IMG/VR virus record: IMGVR_UViG_3300028591_000099
Span: 1 to 64,000 of that record
Direction: 5' to 3' (one strand)
DNA: 64,000 nucleotides
Source: a virus
Taxonomy: Duplodnaviria > Caudoviricetes
Shown here: positions 54,387 to 64,000 of the stretch, one piece after another
How positions within the stretch are numbered: position 1 is the first letter of the stretch
Layout: each line of letters begins with the position of its first letter
Position numbers and translations under genes: made by a program
The notes under the pieces: generated by a model
Database searches by the model: none
What the model was told of the DNA's origin: nothing
Seen by the model: only the letters and a program-made list of their open reading frames with translations

Positions 54387-55858
54387 TGAATATAACAGAT
54401 GAATTAGTGAATGATTTTCCTAATGCTCCATATACCGAACAAGATATTCGAGATTATATGGAAAGACATCCAGATATATTCCAATGGTTTTTTCAGGAAC
54501 CGGGAGGAGACCATTCTGAAAACTTAATTCAATCAGATTTAAGCAATACATTCGTTACAATCCTCCGATTAACTGACCTTATCCCAGGCACAATGTTTAG
54601 AATTGTATTTAATGCTAATGGAGAATATAATCAAGATAATGAAGCAGATTATGAAGATATAATGATTGGTGCTACTGGGAATTATTATGCTGATGAATTG
54701 AGACCTATTTATGGGGTTTATCTAATGAGAGGTCCAAATAACACATCGGATTTCCCAATCTCAACTTCTGGTGCTATTAATTATCAGTATAGGGCACCAA
54801 CAAGAACTGAGTTTAATTCAATAGTAGGAACTGCGGCAAGTGTTGGTGAATATAGTCAATTTGTGGGTGATGTTGAAGATTTAGTTGAAAGTTTACAATC
54901 TAAACGGAATGAAGTTACCACAATATGTATGTCTCGTTATTTCAAACGTCCAGTTGAATATTTGTTTTATGGTGCTGGGGAGATAACTGATTTTCCAGAA
55001 GAAGCCTATACTGAAGGTTATACTGATGGATATAAGGCTTTAAAATCTGAATATGATGGAAAATTATACTGAGACTGAAACTTTTATTCAATAAATAATG
55101 ATGATGATATTTTTACAGAAGAAGAACATTGGCAATATTCACCATTCTCAATCTATGTGTTAAAAGATTCGAGAGTTGGAGAGCAAGATATTCGAGAACA
55201 TTTGTTCCATACCTTTGTAGAAAAAGGGTATAGTAATGAAGAATCTCTACACAGAGTAGACCATATGTTTGAGAAATACTATATTGACAGATATTTAATG
55301 GCACAAACTCCAGAAGAATTATTAACGCAATATCTCGTTGTATATAATCGTATTAATCAAGGGCAGGAAGTAGAAGACCTTGAGGCTTGGGAGGCGAATC
55401 CATTATATGTATTCGACCCTTGGTATAAAAACGGCAAGATTCTTCAAGTTGGGAAAGAATATAATTATAATCCAGCCATAATTTATAATGGTGAAGAAAT
55501 TGATTTAAGAGAAATCCAAAGATATGATTTAGACAATCTTGAACCAACAGAAACTAAAATTCAAGTTGGTAATGGAGTCTATGGAGATATATTTTATCAT
55601 AATATTGAAACATTCTATACTTTTGAAGATTTAGAAGGCGATTTAAAAGAAGCAAGAGATGCTTATAATACGAAATTGACCGAATTACGAAATAAAAAGT
55701 GGCCTAATTGACCTGATACTAAAGATGATGAGGAAACAGAAGATCCATCTAGACAAGAATTAGATGATTTAGAAGATCTACGTATAAAGTATTGCGAATT
55801 ATTAGAAACCGCAATTACAGAGTGGAAATCCAGAGAAACGGATTTAGAGTTAGAGTAA
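54386..55858 (+). CDS. tail-region protein, 490 aa (3 TGA=Trp)
   Basis: joins ORFs 54386 and 55157. Confidence 0.7.
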
Positions 55859-55871
55859 AAGGAGGTAATTT

Positions 55872-58283
55872 ATGAAAGAAAAGGACCCAATGTTGGATGA
55901 AGAGTTTCTAAAAGAACTTGATTTATATCCGCATAAGTTTACTTGAGCTAAAATTATCGCCTTAAACTGAGAAGAATATCCAATGCAGGAAATTACTGGC
56001 AGAATAACCAGTGGAAGTATAAATGTGGACGGTGCTTCTGCCGTCCGCAGAACCTGCAGTTTATCTCTGGTCGCAAATGATGTAGATATTAACAACTTCT
56101 ATTGGAGTTTAAATACTAAGTTTAGAGTAGAAGTGGGCTTAGAGAATTGAATAAATCCAGACTATCCCGATATTATATGGTTTAATCAGGGCATGTTTAT
56201 TATATCGTCATTTAATTGCTCTGTTGGAGTTAATAATTATTCGATAAGCATTAGTGGAAAAGATAAAATGGTATTATTAAATGGAGACGTTGGTGGTGTA
56301 ATTCCAGCCTCTTGGGATTTTGGGACTGAAGATGAAACACTTGAAGATGGAACCATCCAAAATAATTTAATACCAATTAAAGACATTATATTACAAGGCG
56401 TGCATGAGTTCGCACAAGAGCCGTGGCAAAATATAATTGTAAATGATTTAGATGATTATGGAATTGAATTATTGGAATATATTGGTGATAATCCTTTATA
56501 TTATATTATTACCGAAGATGGCGGCGATAATGATTCAAGAGAAGTTTATCAAATGACTATATATGGTGATGATGTAAAATGTCAAGTGAGAAAAGATACT
56601 TGAGATGCAGCCCTCAATAAAAGAATAAAGAATGAAGAAGATTGAGGTAGTGAAGTTCCTATTAGTCAAATGGCAGAAGGAACAACCGGTCAACTTTGTT
56701 ACGAGGGGCTTATGGAGCAATTAGATCCAACTGGTGCAGTGACTGAAAGTGAAAACTATATGCCTGCCGTTGTTAAAATCAGTGGAGATGATGAAGAGAG
56801 CCGATACAGAATAGCGAGGATATCTAAAGAAGATGGAACTCATATTTGTGGTTATCGGATTTGTGATATTGTATATCCTTATGATTTGATATTAAGTCCA
56901 GGTGAGACTATAACCGCTATGCTGGATAAATTAGTCCAAATGCTCGGTAATTTTGAGTATTTTTATGATGTAGATGGACGATTTGTATTCCAAAAGAAAA
57001 GAACTTATTTAGATGTAAGTTATAATAATATCATTAACGAACATACTATAAATGATACAGTATGAGCCAATAGTGGAGAATATAGTTCTAAATATTCATA
57101 TACTTTTGATGATAATATTTTAGTATCATCTGTTTCTAATGCCCCCAATTTAAGTAACTTAAAAAACGATTATTCGTTATGGGGGAGTAGGAAACAAGGT
57201 GACATTGAAGTCCCAATTCATATGCGATATGCTATTGACCACAGACCGGTTTATTACAAAACTTGGGATGGTGTAGAGTATGCGGTTGGCGATAACGTTA
57301 CGCGACTAGATCCAGAATCGGAAGTGCAGATTGTTGATTGAAGAGAGATTATTTATCGAATGGCGAATGATTATCGACGTCATTATAGAGATGATGATTT
57401 TCTAATAAAAATACGTGATAATAATAAATATAATGGTTATGACTCTTATTATCCAAAAGGATATACCGGTTATGAGAAATACTATATTGACTTTGAAATG
57501 AACTTAAGTCAAGGCGTTGTTGCATATTGGAGAGAACTTTATAATCCAGACGCAAAAGGGAAAACAGTTATTTATCAACCAGATGGTAGTTTTATAGAGA
57601 ATACTGGAGCGGACTGGGCTGAAGGCACCGCATATGCGGAAGGTGACTTGGTAGAATACCAGGGTAATGTGTATAGATCAATCGAGGATGATAACACAAC
57701 AGAACCGACGGCCGCAGATTCAAAATGACTTGTTTCTCTTGGAGATTTTAGTTATAATAGTGATGGATGAAATAATGACATCTTAAAGAACCCGGAAATG
57801 TTAAATTTCTGATTTGATTTTTTAGATACTACGGGCGAATTAAATAAATATAGTGTCTCTAATATCGGGCAAAGGTCGAAAGCAGTTAATGACGACAAAA
57901 TAAAAGCCATATATTTTAGAGAAACTCCTAATGTAATATTTGAGACTGAAAAGGATAATGTCGACCAAAGTAAATGAAGAAAACCAGGATACGCACATAT
58001 TAAAATACCGGCAAGTTTTAATGATCTATTTGCTATTAGTAGTCGAGGTAAGAATGCGATGGATGTAGTAGAAGAATATCTATATACTTATACTTATCCA
58101 GCAAGTGCGATGACATTAAATGTAGTCCCAATATATTATTTAACACCGAACACTTTAATTTATATAAACGATAAAGAAACTGGTGCTATTGGAGAATATA
58201 TTATGCAAAAGTTCTCAATACAGTTAGGTCTAAATGCTCAAATGAGTATAAATGCGATCGAAACTGCTAAGAGGATTTATTAA
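55872..58283 (+). CDS. baseplate/tail protein, 803 aa, with inserted CBM5/12-like carbohydrate-binding module
   Basis: joins ORFs 56193, 56670, 57360, 58059; WAEGTAYAEGDLVEYQGNVY motif. Confidence 0.7.
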
Positions 58284-58299
58284 GGAGGAATTGGAGAAA

Positions 58300-58635
58300 A
58301 TGGCTAAAAACTTAAAACAATTTCGTTGATACAGCGATGAAGATTCAAAGAACTCTCCAGAAAATATCTCTAAAATACAATATGAAAATGGAACTGCTTT
58401 TAAAGATGTATATCCTATATCGCAGTTAGGTATTCAGGCCTTACCTGGTACTCAGTTTTATTTAAATGGTAGTGTAAAGCCACTTGTAATTGGAGTATCC
58501 GGTATTTTTGATTTAGATATAAAAAATGGAGCCAGAGTAACTGGTTTAAGTTTTAGTAAACAATCATTAGAGGCTATCGCTAATAACCCAACGAGTTATT
58601 TAATTGTAGATATATTATATGGAGAGGAGGACTAA
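58300..58635 (+). CDS. small tail-region protein, 111 aa (1 TGA=Trp), missed by ORF track
   Basis: RBS; fills the gap exactly. Confidence 0.7.
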
Positions 58636-58641
58636 GGACAT

Positions 58642-61600
58642 ATGGGATTTTATGGAAATATAACTAATGTTAATAAATCTACTTTCCAATTTGATAAGAC
58701 ATATTATACCGCAAGGGATATGATGGAGAATGCTGCGACTGATGGAGTTTTTGTTGGTCGTTACGTTTTAGTCGATTATGATGAAGCTCCTAGCCCAGAA
58801 GCGTTATGAGATGTTTTCAAGAATGAGGCAGAAGGCAATAAAATATCAACTGTTCATCCAGGATACAGAAGAACTATTAAAGTAAATAATTCAGAATATT
58901 ATGATGGTATAACCGATGAAGGATTTATCATTTATAAAAGTTTTGATGCTTGAGAGGAAGGAACTTCATACTCAAAGGGGGATGTAGTCTCTTATGAGGG
59001 AGTATCTTATCGTTCAATCGCAGATGATAATACGACAACTCCTGGATCGAATGAAACTAGTTGAGTTCGCTATCAAGATTTCGGATTCTATCCAGGAAAA
59101 CCTGTAATAAATGATGGCGAAACTTTAGATCAATTATATTCGAAAGAAGTGCTATCTAATTTAAATGGTAATTTTATTTTAGATTTAGGCTATACTTTAG
59201 AACATTATGAAACTATTACCACTGAAGAAGGAACTGAAGAGTTAAAACTCAAAGTTGAAGATTTTGTCATTAAAGGCGTAGAACCAGAATTATGGCAAAT
59301 TTTAGTCGATGGAGAAGAAGTAAAATTACTTAAATTAAATACTGTTGAAAGTTTAAGTAAATATAGAGAATTGTCTGCGGGCATTGAAATAACAAATAAT
59401 TATGCTTCTAACTATATTGTAGACCAGACTTATTTCGCAGAAAAAAGTGGTGGTCAGGGCTTAGGCAGAGGTTATGACTCAACTGTTTGGCAAAAAGTTA
59501 TAAAAGAGGGCAAGGCCACTTATGTAATGATTGCTGAATTGAACTCAGTAGTGCCTACATTTGATATTGCTCCTATTGCTCCTGGTAAAAATGGAGTAGT
59601 AATTCCACCTCAGTGGAGCCCAGAGACTTCTAATTTATATTATAAATTGCTAATGCAGCCATCTTGAAGTTTCGAAGTACAGAGTGATGTCGATTATAAA
59701 GATACCCATGAAGATAATTCTGAAATAGATACAGATATTCCTGATAAGGCTATTTGGTGGAACGACGCTGGTTTCAATAAGTTTATTCCATCTTATTTTG
59801 ATAAGAAAAATGAGATTTTGGTTGAACCTACTGGAATAAGCGGAGTTGAATATAGTGATACAAAAGGACCAGCAGAAGATACTTATGAATTAAGTATTAT
59901 GCTACCTCAAATTGGTAATACTATATCTCAAATCTGGGATATCATTTATGGTGAACCTCATCTTAAAGACACGGCTGGTCGTATATTATTGGGTGGAGAA
60001 AACTCAGATTTAGCCGCAACAGAAGAAACTCCATTAAGAAATACTCATTTAGAGTGGAATTCAAGCCAGGGTGAACGTATGCTAAGGGCGAGAGATGAAA
60101 ATGATGACCCATATAACGGTTATAATCCAAAAGCCTTAAATACTTTAGCTGGCACTCTTAATTCAGTTCATGATTTAATGGGTATGATTATTGTTGAAAA
60201 AGACAATATCCAAGAAGTTGACGCAGATACTTTAGATAGCAATAATATTTATTATGATGCAACAAGCAATAAATATTATTTCAAAGATAGAAAATATTTA
60301 TTCAGTGATAATGAAGAAGATTTCAAAATTACTGATATGGTTGAAAGACCAAATAAATTATACAGAGCAAAATCATTTGATTTTATTGCTGATAATAAAA
60401 CCGGAGAAATAGATACCGCAAATAATTATTATCTTGTTTTAAATAATGAAGAGATTTCTGAAGATTGTGTTTATGGTGACGTAAAACCGAGTGCACCAAA
60501 CCCAGAATTAACTCAAGAAAATTATAACCCAGAATCTGAAAATCCAGATGAATGAGTATGAACTTGAGATTCCACTCGAAGAAGATACAGTAGAAAATTA
60601 GATGCTTTAGCTCAAACTGATGGGGGATACTATCATTTAACTAATATCGAAAAGGTGAAAGATCAGAATACTCCAGAAGAAGCCCGCCCGCATTTTTACA
60701 AAGCAAATAAGTATTATTTAGGTATAAAATCTTTTGCGACAGGTGCGGATAAAACGGCTTGGGAAAATGAGTTAAATAATAAAACTGGCTTAGAAGCAAT
60801 TGATTTTGATTCTATTACTTTATGTAAAACGGATAGTTTTGAAGCCGCTAAAAAAGATGCTAGGATTTTAGTCTCAGGGCCTACTGAAGGTAGCTGAATT
60901 GAAAATCCTTTAATTGGATATCGGGTTTTAATTGGTATTGAAGTTGACCCAAGACACTCAACTTATGATTTAATTGATGAAAATTTAACTAGAGAACCAA
61001 TAGGAACCACTTCGGCTCCTGGACTTGAAGTTGATGGAACTTATATTAAAAAAATAGATGATATTTATGTTTATGAGTTTGCTGGAATTACAGAAACACT
61101 CCAAAACTGTGAAGAGTCTATTGTGTCTATCCCTGATGCGGGAAACCCTGAAGAAACTATCACAAAAACATATGTTAGATATTTAGGTTGTAAATATAAA
61201 AATACTGCTGAAGATACTGATAACGAATTGCGAACATTGAATAGTTGAAAACAGTATGCATTAGAAAACAGCATTGATCCTAGCGACTTAAAATTAGTAT
61301 TAGAACAAAAACTTGTTCCAGAATTGGTAAAACCGGCTTACTCATTAGCGAATGTAACTATAATTGATAATTTGGAAGATTTTAATAAAGATGGATATGT
61401 CGATTATTATTATACAGATGATCCGGAAAATCCAACATATTATAGAAAATTAAGTTATGAGGCTGCTGAAGAAGGCACAGGACAGGGCGAAGCGGATTGG
61501 TATACATTAACTCCTTCAAATGCTTTTATCTACTATGTATTAAAAGATGAATATTATGAAGAGGACGAAGATGGCAACTGGCTTAGAGTTATTGCGACTG

Positions 61601-63813
61601 ACCAAAATAAATTAGCTGGCTATGAAGATATTAGTCAATTTAGAAAAGTAAAATGAGAGTCTAAACATATATTTATTCCAAATGTTTACTATAAAAAAGT
61701 TAATGGAGAATATGTCTTAGCAGAAACCTTCGAAGAAGGTGTAGATTATTACAGATATCCAGGCAAGTTTGTCGTAGAAGATGAAAATGACATATTTGCG
61801 GAAGGCGCTGAATGGAATCCAGAAGTGCCAGAACATGATGACGTTGATTTACAATATAAAGGATTTGAATGAACCTTAACTGAATTGCCAGGATTCTCAG
61901 AACAGATTAATACAATGCATGGATTAATCTTAAAAGTTAATAAGATGTTACTTGAAGGCGATATGATTACTCGTGACCGCCAAACAGTACAAGGTTGTAT
62001 TAATACATTAAATGATATTATTGATAAGTTCGATCAACTGAAACCTGCGGAAGTCGTTATGGTAGATGCATATGGACGAGTTCATAGCGGCGATTGAGAC
62101 AGTAAGCAAAAATCAAATACTGCGGTAGGTGCGGCACCAGCCATTCCGACCGGAGAACCTGCGGCCGCAGATAATAATCGTTGAATTAAATTAACAACTA
62201 CTGCTGGAGAGGCTCCAGACTTTAAGCCTCATATTAAATTAGAACATACCTTTAAAGCTGGAACAGACAATCCAATTACCACTAACTTAAATATAGATAA
62301 TGTTCCTTCTGAAAACAGTAGCGATAAATTGGTATTATATACTCCTATATTAGATAATATGGGCCACGTAGTTGCTAAGCAAGAAGATACAGTTACTCTA
62401 CCTTATGGATTTAAGACTGTAAGTATTGGTGTTGAGAATAATGGTATTGCTAATTTGGCACATGCGGCAGGCGATCTTGTAGCAGAAAACACTCAGGATA
62501 CTATAAATGTTAATTCTGGAAACAAATGGATTAAATTAGCGGCTACCGCAGATAGTGATTCAGTTGCTATTGGACACTTGGTTCAATCTATTGATACACA
62601 GCCAGCATTCGCAAGCGATATTAATGGTAATGGTGATACAATTACAGTTCAAGATATTACCCATGATGAGGCGGGTCATATTAGAAAGAATAAGGCTCAC
62701 ACCTATACACTGCCTTACGGATTCAAAACTATCACTGGTAATGGCGGAAGTTTAGTTGCACGCAGCACCCAAGATACTGTCGCATTGAGCGGAGATGATT
62801 GGATTCGAGTCACAGCGTCCGGTGATGGAATAAAATTTGAACATCGTGAACCGATTACTGTTGAACCAAAGCAAATAGGCGTATTAGTTCCTCATTTTGG
62901 AGAGACATTTGATATTACAGGTTGAAGTTTTGATGATAAGGGGCATAAAACTGGAATTGAGACTTATTCTGTAACTATTCCTAAAGGTAGTTTAAGTGTC
63001 AGTGAAGGAATTGACAATGCTAAAGTTATTACATCATTATCATTAGATAGTCGTATTGGAGCATTAACCGCAACTAATAAAAATATAGGCGATTTACGAC
63101 TTATAGGTTACAATTTGAGTAATAATGGTAGCAGTGAAGGTGCGATATTAGAAAGTGATACAATTAATACAGCGATCGCCAGATTAGAGTATAGAATGAA
63201 TAAGGTTAAAAATGACCTTATTGGAAATGTCGGAGATGCCGCTACTGTTAATACATTATATGGTATTAAAACATGAGTTTTAGAGCAATTAGGCACTATT
63301 GAAACTTCTGGTAATTTCTGAGGAGTCCAAGTGAGCGGTGTAGATGCAACTGCTGATATCCCTGTTACGGCTACGTCTACTAATGATCCTCAATTAATTT
63401 CTTTGCCTGATACTAAAATTGTTACATATGGAGTCGCTGACTATGAATTAGTTGAAAGAAATGGTATTCGTAGTATAAAAGTAAATCAAGCTGGAACGTA
63501 TAAAGTACAAGGTAACATTGGTATTAGATGTGTTAATTATAAAGCGGCTTACTTCAGAGTTGGTATAGTAAAAATAAATAGTGCTGGCACCGTTGCCTCT
63601 ATTACATCTACAACAGAAGCAATAGAAAATTCAGCTGATAATGTATCAATAGCTGGAGTATTTGCGATTGGTGCTAGAATACTTTCTCTAAATGCTGGAG
63701 ATGTTATTGCTTTAGGTGCATCTAGAGCGGGGGCTACCACAGGAGATGGCTCTGATTTAAGAGTAGCTTACGATGGTAATACTGCATTATTTGTAGAGCG
63801 AGTAGATAATTAA
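58642..63813 (+). CDS. large tail fibre/receptor-binding protein, 1723 aa, with CBM5/12-like module
   Basis: seven ORF-track fragments share one frame; D..GH...TLPYGFKT repeats. Confidence 0.7.
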
Positions 63814-63822
63814 AATAAAAAT

Positions 63823-63852
63823 TAAGAGGGAGTATAAAAACTCCCTCTTTTT
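63823..63852 (+). terminator. intrinsic terminator
   Basis: AAGAGGGAGT/ACTCCCTCTT stem plus T-run. Confidence 0.8.
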
Positions 63853-63927
63853 ACTTTGTAAGGACAAACTAAATTAAAGAATAAAAACAAAATTACAAAT
63901 AAAATAGTAAAGGAGGTCGTAGAAGAA

Positions 63928-64000
63928 ATGGCAGTAAATTATGTCAAATTTATGCGAGGCTCACAAGCTTTATATAATAGTTTACAAACAAAAGACCAAG
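63928..64000 (+). CDS. start of next gene (truncated by window end)
   Basis: AAGGAGG RBS, MAVNYVKFMRG... Confidence 0.6.
   Translation, partial: MAVNYVKFMRGSQALYNSLQTKDQ

Noticed and set aside
55872-59064. TGA = Gly (code 25) or selenocysteine
   Set aside because: TGA aligns with TGG in the duplicated module and falls at typical Trp positions.
22922-63813. Late genes as pseudogenes, frameshifts or a decayed prophage
   Set aside because: Fragments stay in one frame and are separated only by TGA, never by TAA or TAG; the joined genes abut their neighbours and RBSs.
58642-63813. Diversity-generating retroelement target
   Set aside because: No template/variable repeat pair or reverse transcriptase seen in the window.

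Overview
This window is part of a large, AT-rich tailed phage genome. The likely host is a Firmicutes bacterium, judged from sigmaA-type promoters, GGAGG/GAGGT ribosome-binding sites and Rex/CcpA/HrcA-type operators. It has three zones. (1) About 1-5.3 kb: small accessory genes. (2) About 5.5-21.7 kb: an array of roughly 30 mostly minus-strand promoter-RBS-gene-terminator cassettes. The array has six paralogue families, orphan promoters, structured RNA candidates (including a tRNA/tmRNA-like RNA) and intergenic operators matching host regulators (Rex, CcpA cre, CodY-like, tandem HrcA CIRCE, DtxR/MntR-like, plus an unidentified tandem activator-like site). (3) 22.9-64 kb: a plus-strand morphogenesis module (terminase, portal, protease/scaffold, capsid, neck, tail tube, a 2561-aa tape measure, baseplate and fibre genes). 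The supplied ORF track fragments zone 3 because TGA is read there as Trp; joining across TGA gives intact genes. In zone 2, at least nine genes end at TGA, so the genome appears to use two codes. The major capsid gene also has a likely -1 frameshift extension. All product names come from motifs and gene order read by eye; no database searches were run.
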